DNA of 42,757 nucleotides from an uncultured bacterium (GTDB taxonomy: Bacteria > Patescibacteriota > Minisyncoccia > Moranbacterales > UBA2206), in the NCBI GenBank assembly GCA_903841185.1, contig CAIMIV010000040.1:1-42757 (forward strand). Direction: 5' to 3'. Position 1 is the first letter of the stretch. Each line of letters starts with the position of its first letter. Positions 26,180 to 35,635 of this stretch are shown here, in pieces. The notes below the pieces were generated by a model. That model saw nothing but the letters and a program-made list of their open reading frames with translations, made no database searches and was not told the origin of the DNA. A program made the translations under genes and the position numbers.

Positions 26180-28651
26180 ATGGAATTGGATGCAATATTT
26201 TATTTACTAATAATTCTTCTTAGTCTGTTGAGCGCCGTGAGTGGTGCTTGGGTAGTGGCGCGCAGTTTCTTGAATTTTAGAACGCAATTGAACCGTTCCA
26301 TGAACATGGATCTGGAGGTGATTCGCGTTTCCAAAGTGGTGAAGCAAAGAGAAGAAAAGGAACGGGAGGATGCTTGGCATGAGGAAATTGGGGCGATGGA
26401 ACAACTCCTCACTTCCATTTCCACTATGAAGGATGGGAAAGGGGTGTTCTATCATTTTCTATTTGGTTCGCCGCATATTTCCTTTGAAATAGCTAACTCG
26501 TCTAAGAATGATGATATTGTTTTTTTTATCGCTATGCCGAAAAAATTCAGAGAAGGTATTGAGAAGGCGATTCACAGTTCTTTCCCCCATGCTTCGCTGG
26601 AAAAGGCGCCTGACTATTCTATTTTCTCTCCTAATAGCTTCACGGCTTCCGCTATCTTGCAACTAAAAAATAATTATATCTTGCCGATAAAAACTTATGA
26701 AAGTCTGGGGGTGGATCCTCTGAATGCCATTGTGAATGCGCTGAGTAAATTAGACACCAATGAAGAAGGCGCGTCGATTCAGTTGGTGATGACGCCAGCC
26801 CATCATTCTTGGCGGGCGGCTGGACGAACAGTGGCGCACAAGATGCAACAAGGCAAACGTTTGCACGAAGTGCATCATGATTCTTTTGCGCAGAAGATAG
26901 GGAGTTCTTTGCTCAGCACGGTGAATGACACGATTTTTTCCAGCAAGAGTGATCCGAATAGTCCGCGCAAGGAGACCTATCAACTTACGCCGGAAGAGCA
27001 GGAATTAGTGAAGGGGATTGATCAAAAATCCAGTAAAGCCGGTTTTTATGTGAACATTCGTTTAGTGGCCTCCGCTGCTTCCCTGGAGCGAGCACAACAA
27101 CTTCTGTCTCATCTGGAAAATGCTTTTGCTCAATTTGAAAATTCCGACATTAATCATTTTAAGATCGAGAATAGAGGAAACAATAAGAAAGTGGCTTATG
27201 ATTTTATTTTTCGCAATTTTGATGCTGAGAGTGCGATGTTGCTTAATACCGAGGAAATCGCCAGTATTTTTCACTTGCCCATTTCGGTGACGGATGCTCC
27301 GAGGATAAAATGGCTAAAGTCTAATTCCGCACCGCCACCGACCGACATCTCACGCGAAGGCATAGAATTAGGCTATAATGAATATCGGGGCATGAAAACT
27401 CCTATTCGCATCTCGCCCGTCGATAGGCGCAGACATCTCTACACTGTTGGACAAACTGGCGTGGGAAAATCTAATTTTTTGCAGGAAATGGCCAAGCAAG
27501 ATGCCAGAAACGGCAATGGCTTTTGTTTTATCGATCCACATGGCGATGCTATTGAAGATATTTTGACGGCCATTCCCAAGGAACGGGCGGAAGACGTGAT
27601 TGTTTTTGATCCGTCGGACGTGGAGCGGCCTTTCGGCATCAATATGATGGAATATGATGAAGCGCATCCCGAGCAAAAAACTTTTGTCATCAACGAGATG
27701 ATTGGTATCTTTGACCAGCTCTATGATTTGAAGGCCACCGGCGGACCGATGTTTGAACAATATATGCGTAACGCTATGCTCTTGGTGATGGATGATCCGG
27801 AAACCGGGTCTACTTTAATGGAAATTCCTAAGGTGTTGTCGGATGAAGGTTTTCGGCGTCTCAAGTTGTCTAAATGTAAGAACCATATGGTGGTGGATTT
27901 TTGGACCAAGGAGGCGGAAAAAGCCGGTGGAGAAGCGGCACTGGCTAATATGGTGCCGTACATCACTTCCAAACTGACCACTTTCTTATCTAATGATATG
28001 ATGCGGCCTATCATTTCTCAGCAACATAGCACCATCAATATGCGCGATATTATGGACAATAAAAAGATTCTGCTGATCAATCTTTCTAAAGGAAAAATAG
28101 GAGAAATTAACGCGCGCTTGTTGGGCATGGTGATGGTAGGAAAGATTTTGATGGCGGGACTTTCGCGCGCTAACATTCCTGAGAACGACCGGGTAGATTT
28201 CTATTTGTATTTGGATGAATTCCAAAATGTCACGACCAATTCCATTTCGCAGATTCTTTCCGAGGCCAGAAAATATCGCTTAGTGTTGATTTTGGCCCAT
28301 CAATTCATTGCGCAGCTCAAAGAAGAAATTTCCAAAGCGGTGTTCGGTAACGTGGGTTCGATGGTGTCCTTTCGTGTAGGGGCGGAAGATGCGGAATTTT
28401 TGCAAAAACAATTTGAGCCGACTTTTTCTTCCAATGATTTGATTAATGTGGACAATTACAATTGCTTTGCCAAAATTTTGGTGAATAATATTTTGACTAA
28501 ACCGTTTAATATGAAAACTAATATTCCCACTACGGGCAGTCAAGAGGTGGCTAACGCGCTCAAGGAATTGTCGCGTTTGAAATATGGCCGAGACAAGGAT
28601 TTGGTCAACCGTGAAATTCTGGAGCGCTCGCGCTTGGGAAGCGGAATGTAG
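26180..28651 (+). CDS. VirD4/TraD-like type IV coupling protein (HerA/FtsK superfamily ATPase)
   Basis: N-terminal TM helix, DRRRHLY, Walker A GQTGVGKS, IDPHGD, Walker B YLDEFQN, SEARKY.L.LILAHQ and FRVGAEDAE. Confidence 0.88.
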   Translation: MELDAIFYLLIILLSLLSAVSGAWVVARSFLNFRTQLNRSMNMDLEVIRVSKVVKQREEKEREDAWHEEIGAMEQLLTSISTMKDGKGVFYHFLFGSPHISFEIANSSKNDDIVFFIAMPKKFREGIEKAIHSSFPHASLEKAPDYSIFSPNSFTASAILQLKNNYILPIKTYESLGVDPLNAIVNALSKLDTNEEGASIQLVMTPAHHSWRAAGRTVAHKMQQGKRLHEVHHDSFAQKIGSSLLSTVNDTIFSSKSDPNSPRKETYQLTPEEQELVKGIDQKSSKAGFYVNIRLVASAASLERAQQLLSHLENAFAQFENSDINHFKIENRGNNKKVAYDFIFRNFDAESAMLLNTEEIASIFHLPISVTDAPRIKWLKSNSAPPPTDISREGIELGYNEYRGMKTPIRISPVDRRRHLYTVGQTGVGKSNFLQEMAKQDARNGNGFCFIDPHGDAIEDILTAIPKERAEDVIVFDPSDVERPFGINMMEYDEAHPEQKTFVINEMIGIFDQLYDLKATGGPMFEQYMRNAMLLVMDDPETGSTLMEIPKVLSDEGFRRLKLSKCKNHMVVDFWTKEAEKAGGEAALANMVPYITSKLTTFLSNDMMRPIISQQHSTINMRDIMDNKKILLINLSKGKIGEINARLLGMVMVGKILMAGLSRANIPENDRVDFYLYLDEFQNVTTNSISQILSEARKYRLVLILAHQFIAQLKEEISKAVFGNVGSMVSFRVGAEDAEFLQKQFEPTFSSNDLINVDNYNCFAKILVNNILTKPFNMKTNIPTTGSQEVANALKELSRLKYGRDKDLVNREILERSRLGSGM

Positions 28652-28674
28652 AAAATATTTATAGCAAGCCGATA

Positions 28675-28710
28675 AAAAACGACTTCTGCGTGACACGGAG
28701 TCGTTTTTTT
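28675..28710 (+). terminator. Intrinsic terminator
   Basis: AAAAAACGACTTC...GGAGTCGTTTTTTT. Confidence 0.7.
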
Positions 28711-28765
28711 ATGTGGAAGCGGGCTAGATTAGGGAGGAACTTTTTTAATAACCATAAATTGGTCA

Positions 28766-28861
28766 TTGAAAATTTCCAAACATGGTACGGGTGGAAAAAT
28801 TGTGGTAGACTATTATTCCTCAGAGGAATTGAATAATATTTTATCCAAGGCGCATGTGTGA
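28766..28861 (+). pseudogene. Fragment resembling the C-terminal dimerisation domain of ParB/Spo0J
   Basis: Hand translation LKISKHGTGGKIVVDYYSSEELNNILSKAHV*. In-frame TAG at 28730 upstream, so there is no full gene here. Confidence 0.6.
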
Positions 28862-28893
28862 TTTAAGATGGAATATAAAAAAAGTGAGTGAAC

Positions 28894-28926
28894 AAAAAAC
28901 GGAGAAAGCAAAGCTCCGTTTTTTTT
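28894..28926 (+). terminator. Intrinsic terminator after the ParB-like fragment
   Basis: AAAAAACGGAG-AAAGCAAAG-CTCCGTTTTTTTT. Confidence 0.7.
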
Positions 28927-28943
28927 GTGGCTAAATTTTTTAG

Positions 28944-28990
28944 CTGTGGATAACTTTGTTGACATGCAGTGCCGGGGGGGGGGGTATTAT
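28944..28990 (+). promoter_or_regulatory. DnaA box plus sigma70 promoter with a G11 homopolymer in a 20-bp spacer
   Basis: TGTGGATAA (28945-28953), TTGACA (28959-28964), G11 (28974-28984), TATTAT (28985-28990). Confidence 0.75.
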
Positions 28991-29021
28991 GAAGATAGTA
29001 TAAAAAAATATTTTCAAAAAA

Positions 29022-29423
29022 ATGCAAAATAAAAAAGTTGGTGTGATAATGGCGTTGTTGGCTATTGTACTATTTATTGAAGCAGCAATGTTTTTTATTC
29101 AATCCAAATCAAATCAAGCAATGGACGCCTCGCAACAACAAGATGTGCAAAATAAAGAAGTGCATATTCCTTCTGAAGAAGAAGTGGCTGCTAATATTGC
29201 TGATCATAAAATTTATGCTCAGGCTATTGAAAAAAAGGATGCATCATTATGTCAAAATATAAAAAGATCGGAGTTTAAGAAAAGCTGTGCGCAAAATGTT
29301 TCTGATTTTGCCGCCTATGCCGATGCTGTGACTAGTGGTAATCAGTCATTGTGTGAAAAAATTCAAGATGAAACACAAAAAAATACCTGCGTGAGTTTTT
29401 TTAAGAATATAACACAGAAATAA
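29022..29423 (+). CDS. Membrane-anchored protein with two C-x2-I-x8-C repeats
   Basis: N-terminal TM helix, then KDASLCQNIKRSEFKKSC and GNQSLCEKIQDETQKNTC. Confidence 0.75.
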   Translation: MQNKKVGVIMALLAIVLFIEAAMFFIQSKSNQAMDASQQQDVQNKEVHIPSEEEVAANIADHKIYAQAIEKKDASLCQNIKRSEFKKSCAQNVSDFAAYADAVTSGNQSLCEKIQDETQKNTCVSFFKNITQK

Positions 29424-29456
29424 TAATGCCAATTAATATCAATATGATAAAAAAAT

Positions 29457-32015
29457 ATGAATAAAATGAAGCGTACATTGCATTTCATTATGGTAGCACT
29501 TGTTATTTATGGGGGCTGGGCAAATAGCGCTTTAGCCGTAGGAGATCCGGTTTCTGATGGTAATTATGATGGGTGCACTATTACAAGTACTTGGCATTGT
29601 TCCGAGACTAATATTAGCGCGAATCCACAGGAAAAAGATTGTTCAGCGACTTTTTATCAAACAGCAGGTGACAACAATGATTTGAGCGATTATGTTAGAA
29701 ATGGCGGTTCTACATTTAGTGAACGATGCGCTATTGGATGTCCCAATCCAGTTGCTTGTGGGAAGTGTGAATGTCGGTGTGATGGATCAACCTTGAAATG
29801 CGCGGATCGTTGGATTGACAATGGTTATGCAGTAGCTCGAGTTTGCGACTCTTCATCTTTTCCAAATAGTGGTTTATGCGCAAACGCAGCTTGCGGAGCG
29901 CGTAACGGACATGTCTACGCATATACGGATAAAAACTGGGATGATGTTACCTATCCACCGTGTGCAAAAGGGAGTGAACTGATTGCGGCTGATGCAGGAA
30001 CTTGGACTTTTCTTGCGCCTGGCACAACAAAAACTTGGCAATGTATGTCAAAAACAAATGAAAAAAATACTGTGAGTTGTAGTGCTAGCAGGGAAGCTGC
30101 TCCAATAATTCCATCCTGTACGATTGATTTCAGTCCCAAATCTGGAACAGCTCCGATTGATTATCCATTAACTGTTGGAATGTCCAAAGATGCAGATAAC
30201 CAGGCATATTGTCAATGCACGGGATCACTTGTCCCCAAGGACTCAAAAGGTCAATATTTATCAGCAACAACATATTCACAGCACACGGATGTGGCTGGCG
30301 ACAAATCATGCACATGCACCGTGCAAAGCTCCACGGGAAACACGGCGACATGCACTGATAGCGTTAATTTTGCAGCTGCATGTGTCTCGGATACTTGTGC
30401 TGCCAATACTTGTACCGGACAAACATGTTGGAATGGTTGTGCTACAGTCAATGGCACAAAGAACTGTCCATCAGCTCCCACCTGCAACCTCTATTTCGAA
30501 CCTGGCAACCTCACCGCCGCCGGAGATGCAAAACTAACCGTGAAAACAACAAATGCGACTAGTAATTCCATTTTCTGCACCGGTCCAGGCACCTCCGGCA
30601 AAACAATCAGTCTTGATGATGGCACATACTCGCAACATTTTGATATCAGTCAAACTGGTACAAAAAATTGCGATATGACTGTCTCGGGGCCGGGTGGTAG
30701 CAGCATTTGTAATGGTTGGATTAGTGTAGCTGCACCACCAGGGGGAGGCGCCACTTGCGGACCGAATGCAAAAAATTATGCATCCACAGATACCACTTGG
30801 CCAACGATAGTGGCGGGAAGTTTTTGCGCTACGGGGGATGGGGTGGGTACTGCCGGTCAACCGACTTTTCCGAGTGCGAACAACTCAGTGAGCTGGACTT
30901 GCTTGGGCTCAAGCGGCGGAGCAAATACAACCTGTACGGCTATGCGAGCGGCTGTTGGATGCACCGCTGATTGCTCTTGTGCTGCCAATACTTGTTCAGG
31001 AGAAACTTGCGGTGATGGATGTGGCGGATTTTGCAACGGGGCGAGAGGCTGCAGTAAGACCGGCTGCGGATCGGCTAATGGGCAAACATTTGATCGCGAA
31101 GTGACGTATGATGATGCTTTGTGTAGCCGTCCGGAATATGCGTCACACTTAACACCGGATTGGGAAACATCATGGTATTATGATACTCCTCCAAATGGTC
31201 ATGGCTGGCATTGGTATTGTATGGCCAATGGTAGCGATTGGTCAGGATGTACGGCGCGTTCTAGTATAATAAATGACTTTTTTCCAGTTTGTGGTGAGGA
31301 TGTAGGAACATGTAAGAAAGGAACCCCAATCCCAGCCACTGTGTATTATTGTGATCCGGCTGATTATGCCACAATGAAAAGCGACCTTGATAGGGAATTT
31401 GCAGCGTATAATCAAAAAAATGCCGATGAATGTTATGAAAAAATGATTGATACATATGGGGATAGTAGTTGTTATCGTTGGTGGGGCTATGGAGGATCTT
31501 CAACTTATATTTGTGAACCGAAATATATTTATGATAATTGTGTTAGCCAAGGCGGAACAACTGATAAACAACGTCCAAAAAGTATCTACGAGAGACTTGA
31601 AGCTAAGTATGGATCTTGGGATGCTTGTGGTTTTTTGAGTAGTACTACTCCGAGCGTGCCATTCAGTGATTGGAGGTGTGTAAATAAATGGGGTCAATAT
31701 AGTAATAGGTGTACGATAGCTGCTGCTGAGGTTAATTGTGGAAGTGCAGCTGACACCCCAACACCATCAAAACCGTTATATAATTTATGTTCCAGTGGTT
31801 CTGAAGTTTGGACAGATCCAAATGCAACAAGTGGTAAATATGAATGGACTTGTGGCACTAAGTCTTGCTCTGCAACCAAACAGACTTGCACTTGCATTGC
31901 TGATCCAAAAACTACCTGTATAGGATCTATGTATAATAATACTTGCTCGCAGAAGGTGTGTCCTGGCACCAAAGACTGTCGCGACTTGAATTGGCGCGAG
32001 GTGGCACCGAATTAG
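29457..32015 (+). CDS. Large secreted Cys/Thr/Gly-rich repeat protein (adhesin-like)
   Basis: Signal peptide (ANSALA). Repeated CG-x-A...C-x2-G...W-x-C...C-x-A modules, CAANTC.G.TC..GC repeats, and C-terminus NWREVAPN. Confidence 0.8.
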   Translation: MNKMKRTLHFIMVALVIYGGWANSALAVGDPVSDGNYDGCTITSTWHCSETNISANPQEKDCSATFYQTAGDNNDLSDYVRNGGSTFSERCAIGCPNPVACGKCECRCDGSTLKCADRWIDNGYAVARVCDSSSFPNSGLCANAACGARNGHVYAYTDKNWDDVTYPPCAKGSELIAADAGTWTFLAPGTTKTWQCMSKTNEKNTVSCSASREAAPIIPSCTIDFSPKSGTAPIDYPLTVGMSKDADNQAYCQCTGSLVPKDSKGQYLSATTYSQHTDVAGDKSCTCTVQSSTGNTATCTDSVNFAAACVSDTCAANTCTGQTCWNGCATVNGTKNCPSAPTCNLYFEPGNLTAAGDAKLTVKTTNATSNSIFCTGPGTSGKTISLDDGTYSQHFDISQTGTKNCDMTVSGPGGSSICNGWISVAAPPGGGATCGPNAKNYASTDTTWPTIVAGSFCATGDGVGTAGQPTFPSANNSVSWTCLGSSGGANTTCTAMRAAVGCTADCSCAANTCSGETCGDGCGGFCNGARGCSKTGCGSANGQTFDREVTYDDALCSRPEYASHLTPDWETSWYYDTPPNGHGWHWYCMANGSDWSGCTARSSIINDFFPVCGEDVGTCKKGTPIPATVYYCDPADYATMKSDLDREFAAYNQKNADECYEKMIDTYGDSSCYRWWGYGGSSTYICEPKYIYDNCVSQGGTTDKQRPKSIYERLEAKYGSWDACGFLSSTTPSVPFSDWRCVNKWGQYSNRCTIAAAEVNCGSAADTPTPSKPLYNLCSSGSEVWTDPNATSGKYEWTCGTKSCSATKQTCTCIADPKTTCIGSMYNNTCSQKVCPGTKDCRDLNWREVAPN

Positions 32016-32035
32016 AAAAGATCTTTAGCTTAAAT

Positions 32036-32077
32036 AATCAAAAAGAATATCCGCCACTGCGGATATTCTTTTGATTT
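32036..32077. terminator. Bidirectional intrinsic terminator
   Basis: AATCAAAAAGAATATCCGC-CACT-GCGGATATTCTTTTGATT between convergent genes. Confidence 0.75.
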
Positions 32078-32107
32078 TAGTAAGGTCTTTTAAATGTCAA
32101 AAACATT

Positions 32108-35100
32108 TTAAATAATTTCTAGTGTCGCCGCGGGAAGGATGATTTGCAGATTGTTGCTTAAATTTTCAGTCAGGGCAATGCAGTAGGGTGTTTCCAGGCG
32201 AGAATTATTGATAGACAAATAGACCTTGGCAGTGCCCGCTTCACAGCGATCAAAATATTGGGAAAGTTTCTTGAGCGCCTCTTGATTAGCGGAGCTAGGT
32301 AAAGTGATGATAATTTTTTTGGCTGCGCCGTCTTTTCCGGCGATGGCTGCTTCGGCGGCCGGGTCTTTTTTAGAGACAATGGTATTGCCGTTTGCTTTTT
32401 GGGTGGCGAGGACTCGACGGAAACTTTCAATTTCCTGAGGATTGATGGCTTTCACCGATTCACACATGATTTTGAAAGTGCCGTCTTTATCAGAAATCTT
32501 GCCGTTCACCAGTACCACCTTGTCTTCCTCCCAAATCGCACCCGTAACGTCCAGGATTTTGGGGAAAACGAGGATTTCCATCCCGCCTTCCATGTCTTCG
32601 ATCGTGACAAAGAGCATGGTTTTTTGAGTTTTCAAATAGATTTTATGAATTTTGGAAATTACGCCGCCAACATTGATAACTTTTCCGACGTGACTGGCAT
32701 TGATGTCTTTAATGGCCACCCCCATATGGGCGAAATAGTCTTTATATTCTCGGGCGGGATGATCGCTGATGTATAGTCCCATCAGCTCCTTTTCCCAACT
32801 GAGGCGTTGTTTTTTGGTAGCCGGCTCACATTCCACCAGAGAAATTTCCGGCATGGCAATTTCGGAAGCGCCAAATAAACTGAACTGTTGAGAGTTTTGA
32901 TTCTTTTGAAATGTTTTGGAGTGGGCAATAATATTTTCTACTGAAGCAATGATTTGATTGCGCTCTCCCAAGCCTTCCAGGGCGCCTACTTTGGCCAGTG
33001 CATCAATGGATTTTTTATTAAGATCTTTGGTTTGCACTCTTTCTACTAAATCCGTAATGCTCTTGAATACCCCATTTTTTCTGCGTTCCTCGGCAATTTC
33101 ATGAGCAACATTATGACCCACGTTTTTGATGGCATTCAGTCCAAAACGGATGCGTTCTTTTTTGGTTTTTTCATCCACGATCACGGCAAATTCTTCAAAA
33201 CTTTCATTGATGTGCGGAGCCATCACTTCAATGCCCATATCGCGACATTCAGAAACCTCAATAGCAATGCGGTCGATATTGTCTTGATCGGAGGTGAGAA
33301 GAGAGGCCATAAAAGCCGCCGGAAAATGAGCTTTCAGGTAAGCGGTTTGGTAGCCGATGAGTCCATAGCAAGCGGCATGGCTGCGATTGAAGCCATAGCC
33401 GGCAAAGGGTTCAATATATTCAAAAACTTTCGCTCCAATCTTGCTGCCTACGCCTTGCGTCTCACAACCTTCAATAAATTTTATTTTCTGCTCTTGAATG
33501 AGGGCAAAGATTTTTTTCCCCATGGCTTTGCGCAAGACATCCGCTTCGCCCAGAGAAAACCCCGCCAGGTCGCGGGCAATTTGCATGACTTGTTCCTGAT
33601 AGACGGCTACACCGTAGGTTTTTTTCAGGATCGGTTCCAAAAGAGGATGCAGATAGGACATTTTTTTATGTCCATGTTTGCGAGCAATGAAATCCGGAAT
33701 CCAATCCATCGGCCCTGGACGATAGAGCGCCACCATGGCAATGATATCTTCCAATTCAGTGGGTTTTAACAGTTTCAAATATCTTTTCATGCCGGAACTT
33801 TCCAATTGGAAAACACCGGTAGTTTCGGCTCGCTGCAGGAGTTCATAAGCCTTGATATCATCCAGCGGAATGGTGTCGATATCAATTTCCAGTCCTTCCA
33901 TTTCCTTGACGATGCGCAAAGTATTTTGGATAATGGTCAGATTTTTTAGCCCCAAAAAGTCCATCTTGAGCAAGCCAATTTTTTCTACAAAACTGGATTT
34001 AGTGGAAGAAGAATATTGGGTCACAGTCCCGCCATTTTCTCCACCACGAATAATGTTTTGCAAAGGAGTATATTCCGTCACGGGATCTTTAGTGATCACC
34101 ACACCACAAGCGTGCATGGAAGCGTGGCGCACCACTCCCTCCAGACGTTTGGCGCTATCAATCAGTTTTTTGGCACTAGGATCCATTCCATAAAAATCTT
34201 TGAATTCCTTGGATTCTTCCAAAGCTTCGGCGATGGTAGAGAATTGGGGAATAAGTTTGGCTGTCTGGTCACAAAAAGCATAAGGGATGCCCAGGGCTCT
34301 GCCGGCATCGCGAATGGCTGCGCGAGCGGCCATAGTTCCGAAGGTGATAATTTGCGCCACGTGATCATTGCCATATTTTCTTCGAACATATTGCAAGACA
34401 TCATCTCTTCTATTGTCAGCAAAGTCCATGTCCACATCCGGCATGGAAACCCGTTCGGGATTCAAAAATCTTTCAAAAAGCAAATCATATTTGATTGGGT
34501 CAATATTAGTGATGCCGGTCAAATAGGAAACAAAACTGCCCGCGGCACTTCCTCTGCCGGGACCAACTACGATGCCTTGTTCTCGCGCCCAGTTAACAAA
34601 ATCTTGCACGATGAGAAAGTAGGAAGCGTAGCCGGTTTTTTCAATAACCCCCATTTCGTAATCCATTCTTTGCCGGTGAACAGCTGTGATATCGGTGCCG
34701 AATCTTTTCACCAGGCCGTCTTCACATAGTTTTTCCAGATAGGTTTGGGCAGTATAACCCGCGGGAAAATCAAAATGGGGGAGCTGGGTTTCGCCGAGCT
34801 TGATTTCCAGGTTGCATTTTTCCACCACTTCTTGCGTGTTGGCCAGGGCCTCAGGGATATAGGAAAAATGCGCAGCCATTTCTTCCGGACTTTTGAGATA
34901 TAGTTCGAAATCCATGAGATTCATGCGGTCTTTTTCGTCCACTTTGCGATTGGTTTGAATGCATAACAAGATGTCCTGGATTTCATTGTCTTCTTGGCGG
35001 ACATAATGAATATCATTAGTAGCCACGAGCTTGATGTCCAGTTTTTTGGAAAGGGAAATCAGTCCTTGATTGGCAATTTCTTGATTGGGATATTTGGGGT

Positions 35101-35632
35101 GGCATTGAATTTCGAAATAGAAATCGCCTTTGCCAAAAATATCCTGGTATTCCAAGGCTAACTCTTCCGCGCGTTGCATGTCGCCCGCAATGACATGCGC
35201 AGGCACTTCACCCTGTGCACAAGCAGACAGTCCAATGAGTCCTTCTGAATATTTACGTAGAGTTTGACGATCAATGCGAGGTTTATAATAAAAACCCTCT
35301 AAATGAGCGATGGTAATAAGACGCATCAAGTTCTTGTAGCCCGTCTCATTTTTAGCGAGTAATATCAAATGGTATCTTTTTTTATCTTCGGCAGTGGGAT
35401 TCTTGCTGTGCAAATCGTTAGCGGTCACATACATCTCGCAACCGATAATCGGTTTGATGCCGCGCTCTTTGGCTTTGATGTAGAATTCAATGGCGCCATA
35501 GAGCACGCCGTGATCCGTGATGGCCAACGAATCCATGCCCAATTCTTTGGCACGGTCAAGAATAGCGTCGACTTTGGCCAAGCCATCGAGCAAGGAATAA
35601 TGCGTGTGGACGTGGAGGTGGGTGAACTTCAT
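32108..35632 (-). CDS. dnaE: DNA polymerase III alpha subunit
   Basis: PHP domain HLHVHTHYSLLDG, AITDHG, GPGRGSAAGS, FERFLNPERVSMPDVDMDF, KMDFLGL and YGFNRSHA. Confidence 0.97.
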   Translation of the reverse strand: MKFTHLHVHTHYSLLDGLAKVDAILDRAKELGMDSLAITDHGVLYGAIEFYIKAKERGIKPIIGCEMYVTANDLHSKNPTAEDKKRYHLILLAKNETGYKNLMRLITIAHLEGFYYKPRIDRQTLRKYSEGLIGLSACAQGEVPAHVIAGDMQRAEELALEYQDIFGKGDFYFEIQCHPKYPNQEIANQGLISLSKKLDIKLVATNDIHYVRQEDNEIQDILLCIQTNRKVDEKDRMNLMDFELYLKSPEEMAAHFSYIPEALANTQEVVEKCNLEIKLGETQLPHFDFPAGYTAQTYLEKLCEDGLVKRFGTDITAVHRQRMDYEMGVIEKTGYASYFLIVQDFVNWAREQGIVVGPGRGSAAGSFVSYLTGITNIDPIKYDLLFERFLNPERVSMPDVDMDFADNRRDDVLQYVRRKYGNDHVAQIITFGTMAARAAIRDAGRALGIPYAFCDQTAKLIPQFSTIAEALEESKEFKDFYGMDPSAKKLIDSAKRLEGVVRHASMHACGVVITKDPVTEYTPLQNIIRGGENGGTVTQYSSSTKSSFVEKIGLLKMDFLGLKNLTIIQNTLRIVKEMEGLEIDIDTIPLDDIKAYELLQRAETTGVFQLESSGMKRYLKLLKPTELEDIIAMVALYRPGPMDWIPDFIARKHGHKKMSYLHPLLEPILKKTYGVAVYQEQVMQIARDLAGFSLGEADVLRKAMGKKIFALIQEQKIKFIEGCETQGVGSKIGAKVFEYIEPFAGYGFNRSHAACYGLIGYQTAYLKAHFPAAFMASLLTSDQDNIDRIAIEVSECRDMGIEVMAPHINESFEEFAVIVDEKTKKERIRFGLNAIKNVGHNVAHEIAEERRKNGVFKSITDLVERVQTKDLNKKSIDALAKVGALEGLGERNQIIASVENIIAHSKTFQKNQNSQQFSLFGASEIAMPEISLVECEPATKKQRLSWEKELMGLYISDHPAREYKDYFAHMGVAIKDINASHVGKVINVGGVISKIHKIYLKTQKTMLFVTIEDMEGGMEILVFPKILDVTGAIWEEDKVVLVNGKISDKDGTFKIMCESVKAINPQEIESFRRVLATQKANGNTIVSKKDPAAEAAIAGKDGAAKKIIITLPSSANQEALKKLSQYFDRCEAGTAKVYLSINNSRLETPYCIALTENLSNNLQIILPAATLEII

Positions 35633-35635
35633 AAT

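Noticed and set aside
22502-28957. Replication origin at the DnaA boxes
   Set aside because: Only isolated boxes, with no dense cluster and no dnaA or dnaN nearby.
22573-32015. Prophage or complete ICE
   Set aside because: No integrase, relaxase, VirB4, terminase or capsid genes, and no att-like direct repeats seen.
19221-34729. Long antisense ORFs (19221-19907, 33101-33769, 34016-34729)
   Set aside because: They lie opposite well-supported genes (GT-C, dnaE) and show no protein motifs.
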